A DNA stretch of 63,690 nucleotides, filler included, from Atractiella rhizophila (Eukaryota): NCBI GenBank assembly GCA_021432655.1. It is 5 parts of 5 records of this genome, joined end to end, with 100 filler letters (N's around TTAATTAATTAA, not from the genome) between each part and the next. Parts side by side here need not be neighbours in the genome. Positions count along the whole stretch, not along the records: positions 33,318 to 49,833 come from MU271900.1; positions 49,934 to 61,709 come from MU271928.1; 3 more parts are not named here. One strand, given 5' to 3'. The notes under the pieces were generated by a model. That model ran no database searches and had not been told where the DNA came from. It was given only the letters and a program-made list of their open reading frames with translations. The first letter of the stretch is position 1. Each line of letters opens with the position of its first letter. Positions 40,781 to 54,741 of the stretch are shown here, one piece after another. Both the position numbers and the translations under genes were made by a program.

Positions 40781-41048
40781 CTGGATGGCTCAGACGGTGC
40801 TTTGTAGGATTGCCTGATGGAGGGGAGTCGTAAAAGGTATAGGCAGGATATAGATATGGCGGGAGGCAGTGCCTTGGAAGATGATGAAGTCGGCCTGATA
40901 TTTCCTGCTGACCTGGTGTACGTCTGTGTTCGTATCATTTTGTGGTTTGGGACGCGGACATACAGCCTCCAACTCTACTTTTTTTTCGATCACTCCCCAT
41001 CATAAAAGGACAGCATCTAATCAAGAGACAGGAAGCTGTCACGGAAAG

Positions 41049-43611
<2,563 letters not shown>

Positions 43612-44095
43612 CAGACTCTATGTATCTTTAGTTGGCAGTCCACTTCTTTCTGGCGTAGTGAATTGTGTGTCTGTGTGCAAATAGTTGGTTGAACCTTCTC
43701 AGACGGAGTAGTGCCTTCTAAATATCACATGATCTAGTACTATCAGACAACTTAAAGTTGAATTACAGTAACACCTTACGAGTCTATATTTCTTGACCAT
43801 TTACAGTATGGCCGTTAATTCTACAATATCCAAGCTCTTCTTCCTTGCGGTGTCACCTCTGAGTATATATGCATTGAATTTTTGCTGGCATTTTACCGAC
43901 ACAGCCCTCAATCCACCTACCGCCACTGTTGATAACAATCCCGTCAGATTTGTATTGATTCTTGCCAAATGCAACTCTCAATCTTGATTCTAGGACCCAA
44001 CAACTATTTCCAGCCAACATCCTGATTCGTCACAACCTTGCGAAGAGGATGGACATGGGACTCTTGTTACACCTCTTGCCAATTATACAGCACCT

Positions 44096-45103
44096 GTGTG
44101 CCGACTTCCCCCTGAACTCCTCATGCAGGTTTTTAGCTACCTTGAAGGGAAACAATCGACATCTGTCCTACTGACCTGCAAGCTCTGGCAACGATGCGCT
44201 GAGCCGAAAATTTACGAGTTTTTGGATCTGTCTGCATCACTTTCTGCTAACCTCATGCTATTGGTCAGGACTCTTTCTGCCCGTCCATACTTGACCAAAT
44301 TTGCTACCCGAATCTCTTTAGGTATCGGCAAACTACCTCCACTCCCAGATTGGCTCCCTGTTCTGTCCAAATGCCCCTGCATCGAAGTCCTACGCTGGTG
44401 GTCTTGGACCACCACCGAAGATGCTATCCTAATCGTGAATTCTTGGCCAAATTCACTTCGCGAACTGCATTTGATGAACATCGACGCATCGAAGATGAAT
44501 AACCGAGTTCTCGAGACTTGCCTGAGCCTCTCAAATCTGAGGACTCTCTGCTTAACCGATTTTAATCTGCCCACTGAACTAAAGGTTGCCCCGCTTGCTG
44601 GTATTCAATATTTGGCATGGGAGTCCTTCCATTTCTCTACACTTTTATCACAGCTTTTGCGCTGCATCAGTCATACACTCGTCCGGTTGCATCTCGCTTT
44701 CCATATGGCAGATATAAAAGAAGTTGTCTTGCTACGACAAGCTTTCGGCGAGCTGACGTTGCTTCGCGAATTTGGGCTTACGACGATTTTGGGAAGCGTG
44801 CGACCATTCCTGGATGACCTCATCCTTAGTTTAGAAGACATTGAAATCCTTCGTTGTGAAGCACCTGCCTTTTCACGAACATTGCTCTCCCGGTTACCTA
44901 GCAATCTCGCTGTTCTAGAGCTTGCGTGGCTTTCATCCTACGAGGATGGATACGAACCACCGATAACTGATGGGCTTCTTCAGATGCTCGACCTCCATGG
45001 CAAGAAGAATTTGAAGGAGATCGCTATCGTGTCGGGGGTCACAGAGCCCAAAGACGGCTTGAAATTGGAAGATTTGAAAAATGTGCCATCAACTAGGGAT
45101 TAA
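44096..45103 (+). CDS. F-box / LRR(RNI-like) protein (main exon; true ends may extend)
   Basis: CRLPPELLMQVFSYL..VLLTCKLWQRCAEPKIY is an F-box; repeated LxxLxL units follow (SLRELHL, NLRTLCL, TLVRLHL, NLAVLEL). Confidence 0.8.
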   Translation: MCRLPPELLMQVFSYLEGKQSTSVLLTCKLWQRCAEPKIYEFLDLSASLSANLMLLVRTLSARPYLTKFATRISLGIGKLPPLPDWLPVLSKCPCIEVLRWWSWTTTEDAILIVNSWPNSLRELHLMNIDASKMNNRVLETCLSLSNLRTLCLTDFNLPTELKVAPLAGIQYLAWESFHFSTLLSQLLRCISHTLVRLHLAFHMADIKEVVLLRQAFGELTLLREFGLTTILGSVRPFLDDLILSLEDIEILRCEAPAFSRTLLSRLPSNLAVLELAWLSSYEDGYEPPITDGLLQMLDLHGKKNLKEIAIVSGVTEPKDGLKLEDLKNVPSTRD

Positions 45104-45933
45104 ATTCGTCGTCCTGTCTGCCCTGAGAGTTGGTCACGGACCTCCCCCAAAAATCCTTTGAAACTTTGTACGAGTTGCATACCTGTAGGCAAACAACGCG
45201 GGATGTCATCTGACCGGAGAAATGGCAATGGCTCATTTGCCGTTTTCCCTGGAGAGGTTGGCGTTCATTAGGAAATCAAAGTCAATTTCGTCTGTGTTTG
45301 TAGTTACGTCTGTTTGGTACAGCCATAATACACGTCTCTGTGTTATGTTGAGTTAAGCAGTTAAGCGTGTGATGGCGCGAATTGCATGAATTGAGGCGAC
45401 TGCTGTTTGTGAATACCTGCTTTGCCCACTTCACAGTGACAAGACATATCATCGAATCCACCTTGGTGTCCATACGAGCTTTTCCCTCAGCCAGCTCGTT
45501 TTGCAATAGAGAAGCAAGGTTCAGGGGCAGGAGGAGACAGTACCCGTGCCAATACACCAACAGCCCAGGTCTCAAAACGCGACATGTAAGACGCATAAAG
45601 GGCCATAACTTGCACCGACGACCTGGGTAATTGACTGAGGGGTATAGATTTTGCCTGTTAGCTTGGCACAGCTTTGAACTGCGAAAACTGCAGATTCATA
45701 GCTAACAAAGTATGAGAGGCGTACGCGGACCGCTTTTAGGAGGCATGAACATCTTTACATGAAAATCATCAGCTATGAACAACCAATTACTGGAATGTTG
45801 ATGAGATTAAGAAATTAAGAGAGTGCTCTGCCCATTATGCGGGTCCATTCTTCCTTCCTACTTCCACTATCGTCGAAATCGTACAACATTCAACTCTACA
45901 CATCCTAATCCTGAACTTCCCACTCAAACAATG

Positions 45934-46337
45934 TTATGACCGGGATTTAGCCCAAGCACCAAAAAGCAACTCCCAGCTCCATCCCAGCCTTGCCCAACGA
46001 TTATAAACTACAGTGCCATCAACCCTGCCCTACTTGCGAGATAAAAACACGTACAGAAATGTGAACATTTCCTCCCAGCCAACTTGCCTAAGAAGGGCAA
46101 TAGCACGACATTGACGAGCAACTGTAACTGCCGAACGTTCTCCTCCCACTCTTTCTCCCTCTCCACCTCCAAAGCATACGAATCCTCGCTCAGACTGTCC
46201 ATTTCTGAGTCCGAGAGTGAAGCCCCCGAAGCGCGACGTGGACGTGGGAAGGAGGGGAATATGGATTGAAGGGGAGGATGGGGTGAGGTGGATGGAGAAC
46301 CAGCTGAGTCCAATGAGGAGAGGGAGGAGGTTGACAT
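45934..46337 (-). CDS. MIM2: Mitochondrial outer-membrane import protein Mim2 (2 exons)
   Basis: Acidic N-terminus, then EKEWEENVRQLQLLVNVVLLPFLGKLAGRK..F/YNRWARLGW. GTACGT..CTGTAG intron; TAA at 45934-45936. Head-to-head with MTQ2. Confidence 0.75.
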
Positions 46338-46487
46338 TCCCTACTGCGTCTGGAGCCCTGAACGGAGCTGGAGAAGGACTTGGTCGTTTTTCCAATGTTC
46401 AAAATTAGGCGGCGGTTCCGAAGTCAGCTTCAGCCGATATTTCTCGATATTCTCATTCCTTCAAGTTGCTAATCTAACCTGCAACAG

Positions 46488-48148
46488 ATGTCTTTCACCC
46501 TCCCTACCCCAGACCTCTCTCATCTCCCTTCTTCTACGTATGATCACGTTTACGAACCAGCAGAAGATTCCTTTCTGCTACTGGACGCTTTGGAGCAGGA
46601 TGCAGATGAGTTAAAGGCTTATAAGAATGCTGTGTGCTTGGAGATGGGGTCAGTCGTACAATCAATGCTTCCTAGGACAAAAATTTGACTAAGCGGAAGG
46701 AGCGGGACTGGAATCGCCAGCGCGGCTCTGGGAAGTATACTGGGAAAAGAAACGCGTGAGTATAGTATTTTGAGTCTCAGTTATATTCCATTTATGTGGG
46801 CTGAGCAACTCACGCTCCAAACCTGCCGAGGTTCAAATGATTCAAAAGCTTATTTCGCCCTCTTTGCGTCTTGTATCGATCTAACCACAAACTTTCACTG
46901 CTCAACGCCTTCAGCAGACATCAGAACCTACATCTTTGAACTGCGTTGGCTTCTAAGTTAGATTTTCTGGCTTCAAATTTGCCATGTTTGCAAACTTCAG
47001 CTAAAAGTCGATCTAGAGGTTCAGTTCATTGGCTTTAAGTGTCGATGGACTTCAGTAAAGGGTCATCGAACTCTGTTGCATAAGCCACGGACTCTTTTAG
47101 AAATCCCAATATTCAATGAGCGCCTTATTCCATGGATAATGCATCCCTTTCGTCCTTAGATTACGATCTAGCTGGTTCTAGAAATGCTGCTCAAACTTGT
47201 CGGTCGTCATACTTTGGCATTTGGAGTTGACAGATCGAGATGATCCTTGATGTTTATGCGTTCGAAGCTCCGGTTGTTGTCGCAATCAACCCCCCATTCT
47301 TCTTAGCACGGAGAAAGTTTGTCCTTTCGACGTTTCATTTTGCAACTGTGCTAAAAGGATTTCACACGTGAAATTTCTCTCGCGACCTAACTCTCCCTCC
47401 CACGCATGTTCATGGGTTTGCTACTGAGAGACGAACGATTTTAGATTTGCTATATTCACGCGGGTCTAACGTAAGTAGATCATGGATGAACTCGATTTTG
47501 ATGAAATTGGCGAAGGAAATGTTCTTTAGTTGTCCTAGTTGCACCGTGCAAGTACCTTCTCAGTCATGTAAGCATATTGTACCAGTGTCAAGCCTTTGAG
47601 CAGCTCGCGCTAGTCATAATTGTTCGAGCCCAGAAATATTGCACTGCCGATAAGCTTACCATTGCACCAGCTCAGTCTATGTTGCCACCGACATAAACCC
47701 TCACGCCTGTATTGCAACGCGCTCAACTCTTGACCAATCCAAAGTGCACTCTCTGGTCCTACGCACCTCCTTCGCCTCTGGTCTCTTGCCACGCTTAGAA
47801 CAAAAAGTCGACATCCAGCTCTTCAACTTCCCATACGTTCCGTCCTCTCCCCTTCCCTCTCCTTCATCATCTCCCAATGTCACGTCCGGCCAGCACATCG
47901 CCGCTTCCTGGAAGGGAGGAGAACGTGGCCGAGAAGTCATCGATGCTTGGATGGAGGGAAAGTGGATGGAGAAATTAGCGAGTTATAGGGGAAGGTGTTA
48001 TGTCGTCTGCTTGGAGGTCAATCACGTTGAGGAGATTGTGGCATGGGCTAATGCCATGGAAGAATGGACAGCTGAGGTGATGATGAGGAGGCGGGCTGGA
48101 AGGGAGAAACTGTGTGTTATCAGGTTTAAGAGGTGTCACGTCCGATGA
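46488..48148 (+). CDS. MTQ2: eRF1 glutamine methyltransferase Mtq2/N6AMT1/HemK2; intron 2 at 46756-47675 (920 nt)
   Basis: LPTPDL..YDHVYEPAEDSFLLLDALE, CLEMG/SGTG, YVATDINPHA, VDIQLFNFPYVPS, ASWKGGERGREVID, RRAGREKLCVIRF. Confidence 0.92.
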
Positions 48149-48285
48149 ATGTACACGAAACCTTATTATCTTTTGCATAACTACATTGCAGAGTGGTTGC
48201 AATGTAAGAACATATTGACGTGGCCAACTCCGTGCATCGCAGGAGTTGATACATCCTAAAGAATGCCTTCCATCCCTCCGTCTTG

Positions 48286-49305
48286 TTATGAGAAAACCAC
48301 CCTGATCTTCCCTTTCGAATCCTTCTCGTACTTCATCTCATTTCCCAGAAATGCTCGTTTGCGCTCCTCTCCAACTCCAAGGTCTTTCCACTTTGGGTCG
48401 TCAAGTATGTCCTTCATCGAAACCTTGCCATTCTCCAGAATCTTGATGAAAGTGTCCTTCAGTTCCTCAGAGTTAAACGATTTGGATGACGTAGGAGCTG
48501 AATTGGAATGTCCATTTGTTGAAGGGGCAGTGGACGCAGGAGCAGGGGCAGCTGAGTCCAGTTTGGGAGCCTTCTCTTTCTTCTTCTTCTCTTTCTTCTC
48601 CTTCTTCTTCTCCTTATCTCCCTTCCCTGGTTCAGTTTCTTTCATCTGCACATCTCCATCATCGTCCTTCTTGGCCTCGGTTTCAACACATGTTTCGTCG
48701 GTTTTCTTCTCCTTCTTCTTTTTCTTCTCCTTCTTCCCCACATCTCCCTCGACATCCCCATCCTCCGCTTTACGCTTTTTGCTCCCATCTGGTTTCTTCT
48801 CCTCGTCCTGCGTAGGTGTGGACGGAGCATTCGTCCCTGGTCCGCTCGTTAGGGGTGTAGAATCATTCTTTCCCTTCTCCTTTTTATTCTACGAGACAAG
48901 CGTCAATGCTTAGCGTGTGCAAATGTGTAAGGATGAAAAGAGGACTAACAGGTTTGGGCTTATAAAGTGACTTTTGGTACTTTTGTTCTTAAGCAATATC
49001 ATGATCAAACAGAGTCGTTGAGACAAATTTCACCGCACCTTCACTGATACAACTCGTATGCTAGCTCGTACCACACTTTAGTTGTGCACGCTTGACAGAG
49101 TGGGGTTGAGAAACGTACGCTTTTCCATTCACCCTGGTGGTGAAAGGTTTTCGAGCAGTCGATGCAAGTGAACGACGCTCCGCACTTGTACGAGTGCTGA
49201 TCTAGCTTAGGCTTCTTCACTGTATCTTGACACGCATCACAGCTTCACGCAATCGAATCAGCAGAAGGTGATCATTGAGAGAGATGCCAACCTGAAAGAA
49301 ACCAT
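48286..49305 (-). CDS. LYAR-type C2HC zinc-finger nucleolar protein
   Basis: MVSFS/CDACQDTVKKPKLDQH..FTCIDCSKTF, HTSCISE, YQKSLYKPK, then a Lys-rich low-complexity region; stop at 48286. Confidence 0.9.
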
Positions 49306-49833
49306 GGTTGCAGCCTTGCACGATCACTGAACCACAAACTGGAACAAGCGCCAAAAAAAATGTCTCCCCCTGAACAAAACAGAATGAACAAGGGAATACC
49401 AGTTAATTGTGATGCGTACCCTCCCGAGCTGAACCAAAGACGAAACGAAATAAACTTGAACTGAGATGAGGGTCGGTTGGTTTGGTGTGGTTGACAGAAA
49501 TTTTTGGTGCATCCCGCATCCCGACTCTTGCTCCGACCGGGAATCGGGAGCCGCCACATCGGACAAGCGAACTTTCAAGATCTCTCGATCATGATGGCAC
49601 AAATGACTTTCCTTTCAGATCAGAAACACTACGTCTATGCACAAACGTCTCCCCCTTCATTACGAGGAGGCAAATCAATCCATTTTAGTCATTTTAAGCA
49701 TTCTTCCGTTTCACCGTCTTGAGCTATGTTTACCAAGTGCAGTATCCACTGATGCCCAATCGACGTCAGTTGGATGAAAGCCCTGAAGGACGAGAATGGT
49801 GAGGAATACGCACCCATCGACCAACAAGTCAGT

Positions 49834-49933
49834 NNNNNNNNNNNNNNNNNNNNNNNNNNNNNNNNNNNNNNNNNNNNTTAATTAATTAANNNNNNNNNNN
49901 NNNNNNNNNNNNNNNNNNNNNNNNNNNNNNNNN
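49834..49933. other. Artificial contig linker
   Basis: 44N-TTAATTAATTAA-44N. Confidence 0.97.
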
Positions 49934-50760
49934 AATCTGGGTGAGGTCCTCCTCCTCTCCCATCCCCTTTCTTGCATGCTTGCATCACTGCGCTCAGATG
50001 GAGACTTACTAGTTTGCGTGGGTACACAGAATTCTGCCCAGGCAGCCAATTATCCTGTGCTTGGCATCGCGAGCGTGGGAGACGAGACAGTGTCGGATAA
50101 TATCGGAAAGGGATCAGCTCAGATTGGAGCGCTCACTTTTACGAAGAAGTGTATGTTTCCTAATTTTCTTTCCTTCGTATTCCTTGTTTTATTGAATCAA
50201 CCTTGAATAGCCGACTCCCCTGCGGCCGTGGGTAACTTGGCTACGAAGAAAGATACTGAGAGCACATCGTCTTGTGTACATTTTTCTTCAGCATTCCTCC
50301 AAAGCACAGTATTAACAAGCCATATGTAGTGGACGCTCAAAGCGCCAAGCGGTGCTTTGACGGGATCATGGGGATCTTGTATGTCTTCCTTCCCCCCTCC
50401 CCACTCTTAATCTAGTCGTCTCACTCCGTGTGTGGCACAGCCAAACTTCAATTCTTCCTCCTCCAAGACCACATTTTCGTCTCTGGGGACATTGGTCAAA
50501 CGGAAGAGCATTACCAGCAATCAGTGAGCGATGATGTCCTCGTACGTCTTTTCTTTTCCCTGCACCCCTTCTGTCGCTGATGAAGCTCTCCAGACATTCG
50601 CGTTCGTGCAGAACTAGGAGTTCGCTTCCATCGGGAGCCCCTATCATTATTTCGTTGTGGATACCTTCCTCAACCTGGCCTCTTCATTCCATTCCGCTTC
50701 CGCTTCCTATCTTGTCGTAATCATTGCCTGGTTAAATCTTGCCACTACATGCTGGTGGCC
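49934..50760 (+). pseudogene. Internal fragment of a possible pepsin-like aspartic protease (degenerate or partial)
   Basis: Short exons with GT..AG introns encode LGIASVGDETVSD.IG..IGALTF, FDGIMGI and FVVDT, reminiscent of pepsin-family segments. No intact DTG motif seen. Confidence 0.35.
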
Positions 50761-51405
50761 ACATCGTTGAACGTTTTATGTTGAAGATCAAGACCTCTCT
50801 GGTCTTTCTTGACTTCTTTTTACTTCATGTTGGACTGGTCTTGACTGGGACTGGTACCGAATGGCTTAATGCACTTTCGTTTTTCTCTAGCCAAGTTTAG
50901 GTCGAGACACTTAGTACATCATTGAGTATTGAGGCGAGGACGTAGACTGGTGGTATTCTCGGTGGGCAAGTATTAAGGATTAAGGGACCCCTTCATAGTA
51001 ACCAGTAACCACTGGCAGGTGGTCATGCTCATCAAATCTTCCGGCTTCACTGGAGGATAAAGGGGGTCTCTCGGTGTTCTCCTCCTCATAATAGAGTAGC
51101 TTAGAAGACTTAATAACTTAGCGTTAGGGTAACTGTCTTTGACTCGTTATGCCAACAATTTCTTTCTGCCAGGTCTTGGCTACCAAGAGCTGTCGGGAAC
51201 GACGGGAAAGAGAGAGGACCATATAAGATGGTATTGTCACGAGGGATAGAGCATCACTCTTGCTAGATCATCAAATGTGAGTGCTTTGGAGGCCTTTAAG
51301 CCTTTCTGACTGGATGCAGCAGCAGATATATTGGCCAAAACAAACCGGCATCATTCACCCCCGCTTTACCTGGCATCCCCACTACCGCTTTGAAAACACA
51401 AGACC

Positions 51406-51813
51406 ATGTCCCAGCTCTCTTATTTCAATCATTCCATTGGCGAAAAGCTCGGCTCTCTTCACCACTACTCCGCCGCTGTTCGTCTCCCTGGAGGCATAGC
51501 GAAGCTGTCCGGGCAAGTCGGCATGTCAGCATCCGGGGAGAGCTCTTCCGACGTGGTAGAGCAGGCAGAGAAAGCGTTTGAGAACGTGGAAGAAGCGTTG
51601 AAAGCAGCTGGATTGCAAGGATGGGAGAACGTCTATTCAGTCCGTATTTACTTGGTGGGAGAGAAGATGGAAGAGAGAGCAGCGGACGCCTGTGTGAGGT
51701 TGCTGAAGAGGTACTGCCCGCATCATAGGCCGCTATTGACTGTAGTCGGAGTAGCTGCTTTGTTTGGTGGGCTGAAGATCGAAGTTGAGGTGGAGGCGCA
51801 TGATGTGAATTAA
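51406..51813 (+). CDS. RidA/YjgF/YER057c/UK114 family protein (intronless)
   Basis: HYSAAVR..LSGQVG..QAEKAFENVEEALKAAG..WENVYSVRIYL..HRPLLTVVGVAAL..KIEVEVEA. Confidence 0.9.
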   Translation: MSQLSYFNHSIGEKLGSLHHYSAAVRLPGGIAKLSGQVGMSASGESSSDVVEQAEKAFENVEEALKAAGLQGWENVYSVRIYLVGEKMEERAADACVRLLKRYCPHHRPLLTVVGVAALFGGLKIEVEVEAHDVN

Positions 51814-52129
51814 TTCAAGCATGTTCAAATTGAACATCATTCTGTTTTAGGTATTCCCGGCTAAGAATGGGATGTGGCACTTGGTTCAACGCCTTGGCAA
51901 TTAGTTAACGTCTTCACTCCCTGTGGGACTTGTTCTTATTCATTTGCAGCTCACCCTGAGGTTACCAACAGTTTGAGAAATAGAAATGTGATATTCTCGC
52001 TGGGATCTGACAGCTGGGCGTTAACAGAAGCAGAGAAAGTTACGGTGTGCGAGATCTTGAACTGACATTATCGCGAACATGAAGGAGAAAACAGACGTCG
52101 TCTTCCTTGTCTTGGAAAGAAAAGGCTGT

Positions 52130-54424
52130 TTAGAGTACAGCACGAGGCATCTAATAATGAGCAGTCAAATGGGTGCTCTGGGGCAAAGAACGACGGAAAA
52201 GGAATACGCACCTTTCGCATCGCTTGTCGAACTCCTAAGTCACCTAATACTTCCTCACTGCCACCTAAACACTACAGTTTAGGAACAAATATTGACGGCA
52301 AGATAAATTCGAACCAAGGATTGCTTCAAATTTATAGCTCCTCTGGAAATTCTCAATGAGTTTTCCCATCCCCGTTTTTGTGATTCCTCTGCCAAGCGAT
52401 CATATCCATCAACTCCCATCGTAGAAAAAAAAAATCAAAACGTACCGTCCTCCAAAAATCTGCACCGCATCATCTGCTATATCTTGGATGTTCCGAGTAA
52501 GGAACATCTTCTGCAGTGCTATCTGCCCAGCGAGGAGGTCGGACATCTCCTCGTAGCTCATGGTGCACACTAAAAAACATCAGGCACATCAAACACTGTC
52601 ATGGTTAGTCAAGTGATTAAGGTACTTTGATACGTCACCGTCTCGAGCCACGACTGCATCACTTCCACCTTTGAAAACATTGCCGCAAACTTTTGGCGGA
52701 TGACGGGTTGTTGAATTAAGGGCTTGCCGAACACTTTACGCTGATGGGACCACTACAACAGGTTTTAAGCAGCATTCCCTACCCTGGAGAAAAGAGGTCA
52801 GACTAAAGACATACCTTGAAACATTCTTCGACCATCACGCGGGAAGTAGCGACCATCCCACAATTCATCATCCCTACATGGCAATCTCAGGGGTACAGTT
52901 TTTCTGGTCGGAAAGGAAGGATACGTACACCGCTCGTGGTTGAAGTTGCTCAGGGTAACGTTCAGTCCCTTTCCTTCTTTCCCTAGCGTATACTCAACGG
53001 GAACTTTAACATTGTCGTATGTGACGAATGCCGTGCCTGTATCACCCAGTAGCTGTTAAACCCAGCCATCAGCAAACAATGATGAACGTACCCGCCGCCG
53101 TCGAGTAACTTGTCGAGATCTGCTTCGTCTCTACTCCTTCTCCTCGCTTTACAAGTATCATCGTGAGATGTCCGTTGGGTCCTGTCTTGCAGCACGTTGC
53201 GAAGTAATCGGCGAACATTCCGTTTGTGATCCACTTCTTCGTGCCATTAATAATCCAGTGTTTGCCATCCGGTGTCTTCTCAGCGGTTGTGCGAATTCCA
53301 GCGACATCAGAACCCATGAATGCTATGTAACGAGCATTTAAGAAGGGCAAGGAGGTAGGAAAGCAGGGGATAGACCTTCAGTGATTGCGAGACAGATGTA
53401 CTTGTCGGAGCGGAGACAAGGCTCCATCACTTCGTCCTTCACCTACATCCATCATGCCATCAGCGATTTAGCTTTAAGGAAAAGAAAAAGCAAAACCCCT
53501 GAAAAGCAAAAGTGGAAAAGGGGGAAAAGCCAAAGGAAAAAACCACGAACAAACGATCAAGGGTCAAAGTAAAGAAAAAAGGGGACCAAAGAAAAAGGAT
53601 CGCATACACCATCAAACATCGTTCTTGCACCCATTCGCCCAATCTCTTGCGTGAAAATGAGCCTGGTTCACAGCAATCCTCAGAAACCATGCGTGGATGT
53701 GACAGACAACCGTACTCATGAAAGTAATTATAGTCTTCTCCCTTCAGGTCTCCAGGCAGAATTATACCTTTCATATGACTTCCAGGACCCAAACGCATCC
53801 TTTGGAAATGCCACTCGCTCATTTCCTTTAAAAGGCCCAGATCCCACTTGCCACTCTCTTCGATCTCCCATGCCTTCCTGCGCAGCTTCTCATCGAAGAT
53901 CTTCCTCAACGCTTTGTGAAAAGCGCGGTGGGAATCATTGTAGTAAGGCGTATGGTAACCAGGGGTAAGCCAGAGAGGTTCAGCGTGCGGAACGCGAGAG
54001 AGTTCTCCGGCATGACGGATTACGACCCGTGTGGATTCGTTGGGTACCCGGCCAATTATTAGGCGAGGATACTTTTCCAGCACTGAGAGAGTTTCGTGAA
54101 TCAGAAAAATATGGGTGAAATATGGGTAGACAAACCTTCAGCGCGATGAAGGCCAAAGAAGGAGTCGGTAGAGTCTTTCCCTGCAACTGTGGCGTCTAAC
54201 AGGACAGCGGCACCTCCAGGATGCATATCTATGAACGAAGTAATGTCCTATACCGTCAAGCATCAAATACTGATGTCGTAATGTAGAGGAAATAGAGGAG
54301 AGAAGGGACGAACATAGACGTAAGTGTCGATGATAATCCAACAGTCATCTCGCTTGTTGTGTTTCGCCACCTCTTCTCGAGTTATTGGCTTGTAGGGCCG
54401 CGTAGCTACAACTCCTAAAGACAT
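52130..54424 (-). CDS. Acyl-CoA dehydrogenase with N-terminal cytochrome b5 domain, multi-exon
   Basis: EEVAKHNKRDDC/WIIID..YDITSFIDMHPGG (b5); ICLAIT/E.FMGSDVAG..GKHWIINGTKKWITNG, NFNHER, QRKVFGKPLIQQPVIRQK, DAVQIFGG/RGITKTGMG, GGSEEVLGDLGVRQAM; TAA at 52130-52132. Confidence 0.93.
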
Positions 54425-54741
54425 GCTCGTGCTTTATTAATCCTTTGAACTGTTGCTGCAGCGTGAAGTCAGATGTTGGCAGTGGGGAAGTTGTTCACAG
54501 TAAAGCGTGAGCCGTTTTCAACCTGAAAAAAGGGAATGAGTAGCCATATATGTCAAAGTCTAACACCCACAATTATTGCAGCACTTTCTATGCTCAAAAG
54601 TACAGAAAGAGTTCCGAAAGGTGGTCCAGTTGGTTTTGGTGGATTTCAGTTGACTTCCCGGACAGATGACCGGTATAACCGACGTCAATTTGCAGTGTAC
54701 GTACCTCAAAGCGACAATGACGGGCCACAAAATTTGCGACG

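Noticed and set aside
48263..48913. 216-aa Ser/Phe-rich plus-strand ORF, and similar antisense ORFs over LETM1, the LINE and RIO2
   Set aside because: Antisense shadows of real coding exons.
51406..51813. Horizontal transfer of the intronless RidA-family gene
   Set aside because: A short gene lacking introns is insufficient evidence, and this subfamily is common in fungi; a phylogeny would be needed.
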